A DNA stretch of 64,000 nt, from the IMG/VR virus record IMGVR_UViG_3300002835_000066, positions 1 to 64,000 of that record. The stretch is one strand, 5' to 3'. Below, piece by piece: positions 1-8,949 of this stretch; positions within the stretch are counted from its first letter, which is position 1; each line of letters begins with the position of its first letter. The DNA comes from a virus (Duplodnaviria > Heunggongvirae > Uroviricota > Caudoviricetes). Under the pieces are notes generated by a model that had not been told where the DNA came from, did not search any database, and worked only from the letters and a program-made list of their open reading frames with translations. The position numbers and the translations under genes are program-made.

Positions 1-221
1 TGATGGAGCCAACCATCAGCGAATGTTTTTACCTCATCATCTGCGGCAAAGTATGCATCCACGTTGTTGATTGCGTCAATAGTGTCAAGAATGTCTTCAT
101 CATCAACACCCTGTTCACGCAAACTGTCTAGATAAGCAGTAAGGCTAGAGGCTGTATCAGTGCCCGGCACTTCCTGTGCATCGTTCTTCTTACCAAATTC
201 AACCTGAATCACATTGCTCAT
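1..221 (-). CDS. hypothetical protein. N-terminal 73 aa only; the C-terminus runs off the window start
   Basis: ATG at 219-221 on the minus strand. The open frame (MSNVIQVEFGKKNDAQEVPGTDTASSL...) continues to position 1. Absent from the ORF track because it has no stop in the window. Confidence 0.35.
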   Translation of the reverse strand, partial: MSNVIQVEFGKKNDAQEVPGTDTASSLTAYLDSLREQGVDDEDILDTIDAINNVDAYFAADDEVKTFADGWLH

Positions 222-240
222 GATTGGCTCCTTAGATATA

Positions 241-450
241 TTACTTAGAGTCTACTGCCGGTGCTACTGGTGCAACAGCTTCAACACGATCACCAGCGGA
301 TTCGCCGACTTCGGTTGCAGTTACGTCAGCATTAGCAGCTTCGGTAGCAGCAGCTTCGGTAGCAGTTACTTCTGCTGGTGCTTCTGCGGTGCCGCAAGCA
401 GCAAGAGTAGTCAAAGCTGCAATTGCAGCAAGAGTAGTAATAGTCTTCAT
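241..450 (-). CDS. small Ala/Thr/Glu-rich lipoprotein
   Basis: 69 aa. N-terminal signal peptide with a lipobox (LTTLAAC). Low-complexity A/T/E-rich mature region. Confidence 0.45.
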   Translation of the reverse strand: MKTITTLAAIAALTTLAACGTAEAPAEVTATEAAATEAANADVTATEVGESAGDRVEAVAPVAPAVDSK

Positions 451-523
451 TTAGTATTTCCTTTTGTTTTTGGATCCGTAAGTGGATCAAACTATTTATG
501 TAGTACGCAAATGCTACTATTAA

Positions 524-689
524 ACTTGTTACGCTAACACTGCAATATAGATTTGGGACTTCGAAACCCGAACCTGGTCCCTATTGTCGGCCGTTTAGCT
601 TAAGCCTATCGTCGTTCTCTGTGCTAGCCTTACACCACATCCACTGTCAACGGTTGCAACCGTAGAATGCAGTGTTAGCGTAACAAGTC
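524..689. repeat. 21-bp perfect inverted repeat (acttgttacgctaacactgca at 524-544, reverse complement at 669-689) flanking a 124-bp spacer
   Basis: Read directly from the sequence. The second arm ends 8 nt from the 3' end of tRNA-Leu(TAA). Confidence 0.8.
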
Positions 690-696
690 TAAAGTT

Positions 697-783
697 TGGT
701 GCGAGTAGCCGGACTCGAACCGGCACGCCACAAGGACACAAGATTTTAAGTCTCGGGCGTCTACCAATTCCGCCATACTCGCA
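697..783 (-). tRNA. tRNA-Leu (anticodon TAA). Type II, long variable arm. CCA encoded.
   Basis: Minus-strand sequence GCGAGTATGGCGGAATTGGTAGACGCCCGAGACTTAAAATC...GGTTCGAGTCCGGCTACTCGCACCA. Cloverleaf and anticodon loop cuUAAaa. Confidence 0.85.
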
Positions 784-884
784 TATCAAACTAGAAAATC
801 AACAATTAGAAAGAACTAGAAAGTTTTTCACTCTCTCTATGTTCTCACTATACGACATGTTGAGGGTAATGTCAAGAACTATTT

Positions 885-2000
885 TCAGACTCTGGGTAGG
901 AATGCACGATAGTTTAGGTTCTTGAAATTATGGTCTACAATCTTTTTAGCCTCAATCAAAAAAGTTTCTAATTCTACTTGATTAAGACTGCACAATCGTT
1001 CTACCTCATTGACTATCATCAACATGCGTTTGTTATCGTCGGTTTCGTTATCATATGATTCGTCTATCAATCCGTCAAACGTTTTATAGCCCATACTATG
1101 CAAGAGAGGTAAATTTTTTGCAGTACTCATTAATATAAAAGGATGTCTTTTTTGTATAGCTTTAAACGTTTTTTCGCACAACGCTGCTACATTTGGTAAC
1201 TCGTTTTCGTAGAAAATTGCGCCGCCGACAACACTAAAATAGCTATTAAGATAGTAATGATCTAGCGTGTTAGTAACTGGATTCATGTCGTCCGGATTCA
1301 TATCATCTAATATAAGATTAGGTAAATTTATGATCTCATCCTTGTGCCGTTCAAATAACTCTTTGGTAGCAGAGTCCTGAAACTGCATCATACGTTCCCA
1401 AAAGTTATCCCAAGTATTTCCCTCAAATGTTTGTAAGCTAACAAAACCATGGTCTAGTAGATTTCGTGTTTTTAAATGAGATATTAGAGATAATTTACAT
1501 CCTCTCCAACGTCTATTTAAACTTAAGAATTTTTTAGGATATTCTTTGAGTTGTAATGTGTTTAATACATTAGTAGGAGAAACGGAAACCCACCTCTCAT
1601 ACACACATATCCATTGTGATTTTATTTTTGGTAAATTTCTTACTAATGCAATATTGTCAACCACCTCATCAATTTTAGCATTCACACTCAGCAGCAATAT
1701 TGATTCTGCTGGAATAGCAAGTTCTTTGATCAAATAATCGTAGATAGCTTCGGGAACATCTATGAATGGTTCCCGCTCTGCTCCTATGCACAAAGTAATG
1801 TTATTGTTTCGTATTTCTTGCAGGATATGATTTGGAACTACGTCATTTAAATGACGCAATGATTTTCCATCAAAACAAGAAACAAGCCAATATGACTTGT
1901 CTGAAAAATTATAAAAAATGTCAAGAAAGGTATTATCAACTTTGACAGGAGCTTTTTCAGAATCTAGATAGTATGAATCATACTTATTGAGTATCGGCAT
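885..2000 (-). CDS. hypothetical protein (371 aa)
   Basis: Long ORF with no motif I can recognise. Confidence 0.5.
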   Translation of the reverse strand: MPILNKYDSYYLDSEKAPVKVDNTFLDIFYNFSDKSYWLVSCFDGKSLRHLNDVVPNHILQEIRNNNITLCIGAEREPFIDVPEAIYDYLIKELAIPAESILLLSVNAKIDEVVDNIALVRNLPKIKSQWICVYERWVSVSPTNVLNTLQLKEYPKKFLSLNRRWRGCKLSLISHLKTRNLLDHGFVSLQTFEGNTWDNFWERMMQFQDSATKELFERHKDEIINLPNLILDDMNPDDMNPVTNTLDHYYLNSYFSVVGGAIFYENELPNVAALCEKTFKAIQKRHPFILMSTAKNLPLLHSMGYKTFDGLIDESYDNETDDNKRMLMIVNEVERLCSLNQVELETFLIEAKKIVDHNFKNLNYRAFLPRV

Positions 2001-2014
2001 GTTTTATTTATACT

Positions 2015-2090
2015 TGGCACGGGAGGAGGGACTCGAACCCCCGGCACTCGGTTTTGGAGACCGATGCTCTACCAACTGAGCTACACCCGT
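2015..2090 (-). tRNA. tRNA-Trp (anticodon CCA). CCA encoded.
   Basis: ...GCTCAGTTGGTAGAGCATCGGTCTCCAAAACCGA...GGGGGTTCGAGTCCC...GCCA. Anticodon loop cuCCAaa, G73 discriminator. One U-U mismatch in the acceptor stem. Confidence 0.75.
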
Positions 2091-2096
2091 ACTTAA

Positions 2097-2489
2097 TTAA
2101 AAAGTGATTACGCCAGAGTCAATAACCGGATGTTCATCGTCTGTACGATCAACAATAGTGTAAGTGAACTTATAGGTTCCAAGTTCCTTTAGCATTTCTG
2201 CTACAGACTCAAGTTCAAAATCTTTGCACGAGTACAAATCAAACTTGTAATAACTTGGTTCACCTGACCAAAAATGTATTGATGAATGGCTGGTTGTAAT
2301 ACCTACCATCCCAGTTACGCCTTCATTACCCTCATCGTTACACCATACACAGATGGGATCAATTAAGACCTTCATGTCAACTGCTTCAACTAATCGATTG
2401 AACCAATCTTCAAGGAACGTAACGTACTCCGCTTGTGGAGCTTCATTTAGATATCCTGTAACTAGGATGTGCTTATTAACCTGTGCCAA
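2097..2489 (-). CDS. speD: S-adenosylmethionine decarboxylase proenzyme, small SpeH/SpeD-type
   Basis: 130 aa. Motif TTSHSSIHFWSGE matches the pyruvoyl-forming ESHxSIHTWPE cleavage motif of class 1 AdoMetDC. The size fits the small prokaryotic form. Confidence 0.6.
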   Translation of the reverse strand: MAQVNKHILVTGYLNEAPQAEYVTFLEDWFNRLVEAVDMKVLIDPICVWCNDEGNEGVTGMVGITTSHSSIHFWSGEPSYYKFDLYSCKDFELESVAEMLKELGTYKFTYTIVDRTDDEHPVIDSGVITF

Positions 2490-2569
2490 CTCATAAAATC
2501 CTTTCCAATATTAATTTTACTGTCAGATAGCGAATGATTATTTATCATTATGTGCGTAGTTTTAAAAAA

Positions 2570-2644
2570 TGGTACCTCGTGACGGGATTGAACCGCCGAC
2601 CTTATCCGTGTAAAGGATCTGCTCTACCGCTGAGCTAACGAGGC
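2570..2644 (-). tRNA. tRNA-Val (anticodon TAC)
   Basis: GCCTCGTTAGCTCAGCGGTAGAGCAGATCCTTTACACGGATAAGG...GGTTCAATCCCGTCACGAGGTACCA. Anticodon loop uuUACac. Confidence 0.8.
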
Positions 2645-2654
2645 ACGGTAAAAA

Positions 2655-2731
<77 letters not shown>

Positions 2732-2738
2732 TATATTC

Positions 2739-2814
2739 TGGTGGAGACACGGGGGTTCGAACCCCGGACCTACGGCTTGCAAAGCCGTCGCTCTACCAAC
2801 TGAGCTATATCCCC
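2739..2814 (-). tRNA. tRNA-Ala (anticodon TGC)
   Basis: GGGGATATAGCTCAGTTGGTAGAGCGACGGCTTTGCAAGCCGT...GGTTCGAACCCCCGTGTCTCCACCA. G3-U70 identity pair and A73. Confidence 0.85.
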
Positions 2815-2856
2815 ATGAAACTATTTATATCTTACTTACTCAACAAATAAAAAGAA

Positions 2857-2933
2857 TGGTGACCCTGGCAGGGCTCGAACCTGCAACCCCAAGTTTAGAA
2901 GACTCGTACTCTATCCAGTTGAGCTACAGGGCC
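2857..2933 (-). tRNA. tRNA-Arg (anticodon TCT)
   Basis: GGCCCTGTAGCTCAACTGGATAGAGTACGAGTCTTCTAAACTTGG...GGTTCGAGCCCTGCCAGGGTCACCA. Confidence 0.8.
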
Positions 2934-2991
2934 AATCTCTTAATTACTTTTGTAATATAGCAAGTATTGACCGATTTGTCAATAAGAAAGT

Positions 2992-3729
2992 TTAATTTTG
3001 GGCAGATAGAAATCTAGAAAGATTTTCTGCAATTTGCTTATGTCCCAACTCACTTGGATGAGGAGACTTTTCACATGGTTCTACCTTCATCTTGTCAATT
3101 GAACATTGCATAATATCGTTGTTATACCAGTTAAAATTAGTGTTAGAGTACCTTAGTTGTGACTCACTTAATGGATTTGTAAACCCTTCATGTATCATCG
3201 TAAACACATACTTGATACCATGTGCTTTAAAAAAGTTACCTAATGCAGATATTTGAGTGAAGAACTGCTGACCTACGGCTGCATCAGTGCTATACGCATA
3301 ATGTGTTCGGATAATATCTTCTTGTTCGGTGTCGCTAAGTTCCCTGTCTGCGCTGCGAAATATCACAACATCGTGCTTTGCAACAGCCCAATCATTAGTA
3401 TTATTGTCAAAGAATTCAAATCTACTAGGTTCCGACCATTGAATGGCTACAGTCCAATCAGACATGTCTTCGCCGGTTAATACTTTAGGAACAAAGAAGT
3501 CAAGAGTTTTTCTAACGATACGTGCATTAGAGCCGCAGCCTATGCTATGATTGTGAAATTCAGTGCAACCAAGCTTATCTGATAGATGCTTAGGCCATGT
3601 TATGTTTAGACGATGTTTGTTTATATCAGACTGATTATGTTCGTCAAGTAAAGAACCGTGTTCATCATGGAGAGTTTTAATTAACTCTCCGCCCCACGTA
3701 AACGAACATCCACTAGCAAACAACTTCAT
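2992..3729 (-). CDS. SGNH/GDSL-like hydrolase family protein, paralog 1
   Basis: 245 aa. N-terminal FASGCSFTWGG resembles GDSx block I. A later GCGSNARI block resembles the GxND block. Similar size and N-terminal motif to ORFs 4615-5364 and 14296-15051. Confidence 0.4.
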   Translation of the reverse strand: MKLFASGCSFTWGGELIKTLHDEHGSLLDEHNQSDINKHRLNITWPKHLSDKLGCTEFHNHSIGCGSNARIVRKTLDFFVPKVLTGEDMSDWTVAIQWSEPSRFEFFDNNTNDWAVAKHDVVIFRSADRELSDTEQEDIIRTHYAYSTDAAVGQQFFTQISALGNFFKAHGIKYVFTMIHEGFTNPLSESQLRYSNTNFNWYNNDIMQCSIDKMKVEPCEKSPHPSELGHKQIAENLSRFLSAQN

Positions 3730-3745
3730 GTCACGACCTTAAGAA

Positions 3746-3821
<76 letters not shown>

Positions 3822-3827
3822 GAATTT

Positions 3828-3902
3828 TGGCTCCCTAAGATGGATTCGAACCACCGACCAATTGATTAACAGTCAACTGCGCTACCGCTGCGCCATTAGG
3901 GA
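3828..3902 (-). tRNA. tRNA-Asn (anticodon GTT)
   Basis: TCCCTAATGGCGCAGCGGTAGCGCAGTTGACTGTTAATCAAT...GGTTCGAATCCATCTTAGGGAGCCA. Confidence 0.85.
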
Positions 3903-3953
3903 ATAAACTCTATAAACTATTTAATCTTGTTATAGCAGCTTGACAAATAAATG

Positions 3954-4520
3954 TCAAGCCGCTAATTGAACAATTCTACTGTGTTTGGGCACACCGCTCA
4001 ACAGATACTCCATTTGGTCAGCAAGAATGCTGCGGTTTTGGAGAATCATGTTTTCGTAGTGGTTGGGTGCGTACGGAATGTACAACAGTTCCATACGAGA
4101 TTCCTTCAAACTCTTACAACCCTTCTTTTGATTGCAAGGGATGCAAGCAGTAACAACGTTAGTCCATTCGTCAATACCACCGTGGTACCTAGGTACAATG
4201 TGGTCTCGACTTAACTTACTATGATTGCCTATTTGAACACCGCAGTATCCGCACATGTTACGGTCACGGGCAAACAGCGTCTTGTTAGTCAAGATAACTT
4301 TGTTGTGCTTTTTGAAGTTAAAACCTTCACCCTTAACAGCAATGATGCTGGGAGTTTCGATATAACTCTGCGTACCATCATCTTGATAGCCGCCTCTATA
4401 TCTAGCAATAACGTCGCCTAGAGTCCAGGCAACCAAGTTCTTTGCATGATACGAAATTGCTTCGTCGTGGGAGACCCACGTTCTTGGGATACCCGATACG
4501 TCTAAGGCTAGTACTGCCAT
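3954..4520 (-). mobile_element. free-standing HNH homing endonuclease gene inside the tRNA array
   Basis: 188 aa. CGYCG...RDHIVPRYHGG...NVVTACIPCNQKKG reads as CxxC...DHxxP...N...CxxC, the zinc-finger HNH motif. Confidence 0.75.
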
Positions 4521-4614
4521 GTTATGCTCCTTTTTTAAAAATATTTAGACTGTCTTTAATATATACACTATAATCGTACTTAACGCAACCGAAATCTATA
4601 AATATGTTGTTGTT

Positions 4615-5364
4615 CTATTTTACGGAAAACAAATTTTTATGGAAAGAAGATGTACTGAAATCTAAAAAATTATCATCAGTTAGATATGCATATACTGCAT
4701 CCGTTAAGACATGATGATTTTTTTCGTGTAGATGATTCAGTCTAAAATCATCGGGACCATATTTTGTTATAAAATCCCACAATGTGCCGTCAGAAAATTC
4801 GTTGCCACTAACTTCAATCAACGAAAAATTAGCATGTTTGGGGAAATGTTTTGCGATAGATGCTTCATCCACGTCTACACTAATTGATACCGTGTTATTA
4901 GGCAGGCTATGTAATGTATGTAATAGCATGTACCGTTGCGCCGAAATTAAATCTTGATTTTTTAGTAAAAACCAATCTTTGTAAAAATTCTTAAATCTAT
5001 TATAATGTTCATTCGATTCAGATAGGTTAGCTATCATTTGTCGCGGGGCAGCTTCAAAATACTCAGGAAACACTTTAGAAAATGTGAATGCTGCCCACAT
5101 CGGAACAAATTCTTCTGCAACAACCGGACTTCGATAGCTGTCTGTTAAAACAAATATGATCTGATCGTTTGGATCATAATCGTCCCCGGTTAAATATTCA
5201 AAAAATTTTAAGGTTGAATACTCAAACGAAGTACCACGCTCACCGTATGTTTTATATTCTATTCCTAACCTATCGGCTAGCATTTTAAACCAAGTCGAAT
5301 GAGTGGCATTTTTGGGGTCGCTGGGCCACTCAGCAGTAAAACTATCACCGAATAATACTAACAT
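4615..5364 (-). CDS. SGNH/GDSL-like hydrolase family protein, paralog 2
   Basis: 249 aa. N-terminus MLVLFGDSFTAEW is the GDSx block I motif, with the Ser in the expected place. Confidence 0.45.
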   Translation of the reverse strand: MLVLFGDSFTAEWPSDPKNATHSTWFKMLADRLGIEYKTYGERGTSFEYSTLKFFEYLTGDDYDPNDQIIFVLTDSYRSPVVAEEFVPMWAAFTFSKVFPEYFEAAPRQMIANLSESNEHYNRFKNFYKDWFLLKNQDLISAQRYMLLHTLHSLPNNTVSISVDVDEASIAKHFPKHANFSLIEVSGNEFSDGTLWDFITKYGPDDFRLNHLHEKNHHVLTDAVYAYLTDDNFLDFSTSSFHKNLFSVK

Positions 5365-5374
5365 CTGTAATCCT

Positions 5375-6004
5375 TCACTCGTACCAGTCCAAGTTTTTCA
5401 ATTGCTCCAGTATAGATATTTTATCAGACGGCCTAAACAGGTGATAGATTATCCACTGCTTAGTATCTTTTAATCTTATTGGTCCATATGATTCATGGAG
5501 ATGTATTTTTCTGCCAGGTCTAGACCACCATTGCCCGTCATCATCTATATATGACGTTAGGTAATTACTAGGATCATTGACTTTTACATATCTAGCAACG
5601 TTTTCGTAATTGTATTCATTGAATGATAAAAAGCATCCAGCCGCACCTAATGCGCTTACTTCATGATAGATCATATCCTTGATGTCACCGTGAGTATTTC
5701 CGCAATTTTTTCCAGGAATTGTGTAACTACGAACACCGCAGCAAATCATATTATCTATCTCGGATAGATAATATCCTTGACCGCATATAATTTGCTCATT
5801 TTCTTTGCAAATTACATAACCATTCAATGCACCGTCAAATCTTTTTTCTTTGTATAGCAGGTATAGAAAAGTATGAGGTTTGTTTTCCCAATCATTGTAC
5901 TCCATGTTTCTTGCTCCATCCCTAGAATCCAAATCAGCGTTTTTACAAAACTCTGCCAATTCCTCTAGAGGATAACTACTATCAATTTTAAAGAGTTTGC
6001 GCAT
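5375..6004 (-). CDS. hypothetical protein (209 aa)
   Basis: ORF only. Cys-rich (ICGQG...CCG...CGNTHG). Confidence 0.45.
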   Translation of the reverse strand: MRKLFKIDSSYPLEELAEFCKNADLDSRDGARNMEYNDWENKPHTFLYLLYKEKRFDGALNGYVICKENEQIICGQGYYLSEIDNMICCGVRSYTIPGKNCGNTHGDIKDMIYHEVSALGAAGCFLSFNEYNYENVARYVKVNDPSNYLTSYIDDDGQWWSRPGRKIHLHESYGPIRLKDTKQWIIYHLFRPSDKISILEQLKNLDWYE

Positions 6005-6641
6005 TTATGTTCAATCTTGCTCGTGCGGCTTCTAAATTTTCGCTGAATAATTCATCATAGTTTTCAGCGAGAAGAAATTTAGCTTGTTTACCGTTTTGAT
6101 ATGCAGTCAACATCAACATCACATTGCGTTTGGTAACACCATACTTCAACAAGATAGCAAAACTTACTAAAAACCAACCAATAGATTTTGTTTGTGCAAA
6201 CGAAAACATCGCAAGCCTCATTTCTCCGATATCATTAGCAGGATAACCGGTAAGTGTATGCCATGTGTCGTGCGTGTCTCTGTATCTTCTTGCCATCCAG
6301 TTGTATGGATGTTTAGCCTCAATCCAATCATTATTTTTATTTTTTCTTCTACTTATTTTAAGCAGAATCTCTTGGTTGGGAAATAAATTATGACATTCTT
6401 TACCAACAGAACTGTTTGGCCTTTCAGCTAATGTGCCAAAGTAACTAGAAATTTCTTCTGAATCATATGCCGTTCTACCACCATAAGAAGTTTGAAGTAA
6501 TTTAGAGTATGTCCACTTAAGAGAAGGCGAATTTGTTGAGTGCAGTATTTCAAAAACAAAAATTGTATTTGTAGGATTTTTGCGCAACTTTTTAAATACT
6601 TTGTATGTCCTAAGTAAGTCAATTTTATATTTTAGATGCAT
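5988..6641 (-). CDS. Coq4-family protein (ubiquinone biosynthesis COQ4-like). HDxxH(x)11E metal motif present.
   Basis: 217 aa. DTHDTWHTLTGYPANDIGE matches the Coq4 signature HDxxHx11E exactly. Confidence 0.5.
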   Translation of the reverse strand: MHLKYKIDLLRTYKVFKKLRKNPTNTIFVFEILHSTNSPSLKWTYSKLLQTSYGGRTAYDSEEISSYFGTLAERPNSSVGKECHNLFPNQEILLKISRRKNKNNDWIEAKHPYNWMARRYRDTHDTWHTLTGYPANDIGEMRLAMFSFAQTKSIGWFLVSFAILLKYGVTKRNVMLMLTAYQNGKQAKFLLAENYDELFSENLEAARARLNINAQTL

Positions 6642-7383
6642 TTACCACAGTCCTAAGTTTCATATGAATCTTCTTTACTTCGGTAGAATTTGCTAGAAAC
6701 GTATTGAAATTGCCGTTTGGTTCTAAATCGTACATGTAAAGATGTTCATGTGTAAAAAGATATTTTAAAGTTGAGTTATAATATAATTCATAGGATGCTA
6801 CTATATCTTCCGCTCCTAAGAATGTTTCATCAAATCGAAACGATTCGGCACATTGTCTAGAATACAATAAAATTCTATTCCACGGAAGATGGTTTACCAT
6901 AAACTTTCCCAATGCAATCAAATTAAGTGCTTCTCTACCGTCTATTCCTGCGAATGAGTAGATATCAGAACTTTCAAAAAACTCTTGTACCATATACTGT
7001 TTACCTTGATATGTCATAGGATTGTTAGTAAGACCAAGAATATCTATATTAGGATTGTTTTGTATTATACTATGAATCTTATCGATGGCATTTGGAGTAA
7101 GATAATCATCACCATCTATTTGCGTGAGGTAATCATATTCTGTATTGAGAAAGAAATCGAGAACAGAGTTTTTACCCATTGCGGGAGTACCGTTAGATAT
7201 GGTAACCTCATATCTAATACCATATTTTTTACAAGTGTGTTGAGCAGACGTTGCGTATTGTGTATCCGCAGTGTTTATGATCACAACAATATCACTTAGT
7301 GGTGTTTGTTGTAATACGGATTTGATGCAGCGTTCAAGCTTGTCAATTTTATCTGATGTTAATATGGCGACTAGCGTATTCAT
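6625..7383 (-). CDS. glycosyltransferase family 2
   Basis: The true start is probably the internal Met (MNTLVAILTSDK..., cat at 7381-7383), because the longer ORF would overlap tRNA-Leu(GAG). IVVIINTAD and QIDGDDY (DxD) motifs are typical of GT-A/GT2. Confidence 0.65.
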   Translation of the reverse strand: MNTLVAILTSDKIDKLERCIKSVLQQTPLSDIVVIINTADTQYATSAQHTCKKYGIRYEVTISNGTPAMGKNSVLDFFLNTEYDYLTQIDGDDYLTPNAIDKIHSIIQNNPNIDILGLTNNPMTYQGKQYMVQEFFESSDIYSFAGIDGREALNLIALGKFMVNHLPWNRILLYSRQCAESFRFDETFLGAEDIVASYELYYNSTLKYLFTHEHLYMYDLEPNGNFNTFLANSTEVKKIHMKLRTVVNASKI

Positions 7384-7406
7384 ATCTATATTTACTATAT
7401 AATTTT

Positions 7407-7492
7407 TGGTGCCCAAGAAAAGACTCGAACTTTCACGGGCTTTCGCCCACAACGACCTCAACGTTGCGTGTCTACCATTCCACCACCTGGGC
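7407..7492 (-). tRNA. tRNA-Leu (anticodon GAG). Type II.
   Basis: GCCCAGGTGGTGGAATGGTAGACACGCAACGTTGAGGTCGTTG, long variable arm, GAAAGTTCGAGTCTTTTCTTGGGCACCA. Confidence 0.8.
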
Positions 7493-7496
7493 ATAT

Positions 7497-7590
7497 TGGT
7501 ACTCCCTACAGGATTCGAACCTGTGACGCTCTCTAATCTGGAGACGATGCTGGATATAAGCCAGGTGTTTTACCGCTAAACTAAGGGAGT
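7497..7590 (-). tRNA. atypical type II tRNA-like gene (94 nt, 24-nt variable region). Anticodon by standard numbering is TAT. Identity unclear.
   Basis: ACTCCCTTAGTTTAGCGGTAAAACACCTGGCTTATATCCAGCATCGTCTCCAGATTAGAGAGCGTCACAGGTTCGAATCCTGTAGGGAGTACCA. Perfect acceptor, D and T arms. Anticodon stem has 4 bp plus one mismatch. Confidence 0.45.
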
Positions 7591-7591
7591 A

Positions 7592-8260
7592 TTAGATTTT
7601 AAATGTGAATGCAAAAGATACGGTGTTGTCTTCACGCCAATCTTTTGTGTACAAGTCTTGAATTGAGAAACTAGTTTTCTCACTTAACTTGTATTTGATT
7701 TCAGCTTTGTTCTGAATGAAGGTTCTAGAACCTTCTTCAATCATAAACTTATTTGAAACTGAAACTGTTTTACTAAGGTTGTGACTAATCCATACACTTT
7801 CACGAACTACTACATCGCTGTATCCACCTGTACCGTGCTTGAAGCCAACGCTAAGTTCATTTGATATTTTAGTTTTATCAGTCTTTACGAGTCTGAAACC
7901 GTGACCGATGCTATATACTGCTTGATCTTCTGAAAATGTTCTTGGATCGTGTCTATATCTTGCACCAACTTGTAGATAGTGCTTAGGATGAATGTCCTGA
8001 TTGACTTTAGCAAATGCGTTAATCTGCTCTCTAGAAGTTACGCCGTTAGCACTCTTATAAAGAATATCACTTTCAAATGAGTATTCTCTAGGGCCGGTGT
8101 CAGTAACATGCTTGAAGGCTCCAGTAAGAACAATGTTATCATCATTGATAACTGTTCCACCTAATGAACCTGTTGTTTCTTTCTGAACCTGTGCATATGC
8201 AGGGAAAGAAAATAATAATGCTGCTGATAGTATAAGTGTTCTAAACATAGTAATCTCCAA
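7592..8260 (-). CDS. secreted outer-membrane beta-barrel-like protein (DUF481/YdiY-like)
   Basis: Signal peptide (MFRTLILSAALLFSFPAYAQ). Alternating amphipathic beta-strand pattern throughout. Ends in an aromatic residue (FAFTFKI), as OMP barrels do. Confidence 0.45.
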   Translation of the reverse strand: MEITMFRTLILSAALLFSFPAYAQVQKETTGSLGGTVINDDNIVLTGAFKHVTDTGPREYSFESDILYKSANGVTSREQINAFAKVNQDIHPKHYLQVGARYRHDPRTFSEDQAVYSIGHGFRLVKTDKTKISNELSVGFKHGTGGYSDVVVRESVWISHNLSKTVSVSNKFMIEEGSRTFIQNKAEIKYKLSEKTSFSIQDLYTKDWREDNTVSFAFTFKI

Positions 8261-8280
8261 ACTACTATTTAGTAATTTGG

Positions 8281-8351
8281 TGCTGATAAGAAGAATTGAA
8301 CTCCTGTCAACGGGTTACGAATCCGTAGTAATACCACTATACTATATCAGC
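8281..8351 (-). tRNA. putative tRNA-Thr (anticodon CGT). No encoded CCA and weak D and anticodon stems, so it may be degenerate.
   Basis: GCTGATATAGTATAGTGGTATTACTACGGATTCGTAACCCGTTGACAGGAGTTCAATTCTTCTTATCAGCA. Perfect 7-bp acceptor stem and good T arm. Confidence 0.4.
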
Positions 8352-8356
8352 AAGAA

Positions 8357-8926
8357 GTGACGCTGGGCTACCCTGTAAAATTAAAAAAAATATCTTTATT
8401 GATAAATAATATCATGAACAACATTATTACACCCTTAACCAACGTAGACTTTACTGCATGTATTGAAGAACTCAAGTCACACTTGGAACTTCGTATAATA
8501 GCCGTGCCGTCAGCAGAAGCTTGGACTGATATTTATTACTTCATGGTAACAGGGGCAGAGTTACCCATAACAGCTAATGTTCTTGCGGGACTAAATTTAT
8601 CAATAATAAATGTATTATACCTCGAAACGCAAGGAGGAAATGAATACTATCAGGGAACAACGCCTAATAGTTGTATTGTACTTCCTTTAGAAGAAATAGG
8701 GTCAACTGTCAGTGCTTATTCTGCGCCGTTAAATTCACCTAGACTACCTGACTATCCAAACGGTTATCATCCAGAAGATTGTACCTTAATTGAAAGTCAT
8801 TCAGCAGATGAACCGGTATTTCTTGGTTGTGCAATTGAAAATGCTGAACTTGTATATTCTTTCCAAGTTCCGAAAGACAAAATTTACAAGTCAATTGTTA
8901 TTTTCTTCAGTGAAGACACATTATAA
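8357..8926 (+). CDS. hypothetical protein (plus strand, 189 aa)
   Basis: ORF only. The start may be the internal Met at 8414. Confidence 0.35.
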   Translation: MTLGYPVKLKKISLLINNIMNNIITPLTNVDFTACIEELKSHLELRIIAVPSAEAWTDIYYFMVTGAELPITANVLAGLNLSIINVLYLETQGGNEYYQGTTPNSCIVLPLEEIGSTVSAYSAPLNSPRLPDYPNGYHPEDCTLIESHSADEPVFLGCAIENAELVYSFQVPKDKIYKSIVIFFSEDTL

Positions 8927-8949
8927 GTAATTCGTCTTAGTCAACTCAC

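Noticed and set aside
595-789. 64-aa minus-strand ORF from the track
   Set aside because: It overlaps tRNA-Leu(TAA) and the inverted-repeat element.
6625-7494. Full-length 289-aa version of the GT2 ORF
   Set aside because: Its N-terminal 37 codons overlap tRNA-Leu(GAG). The internal Met gives a canonical GT2 N-terminus.
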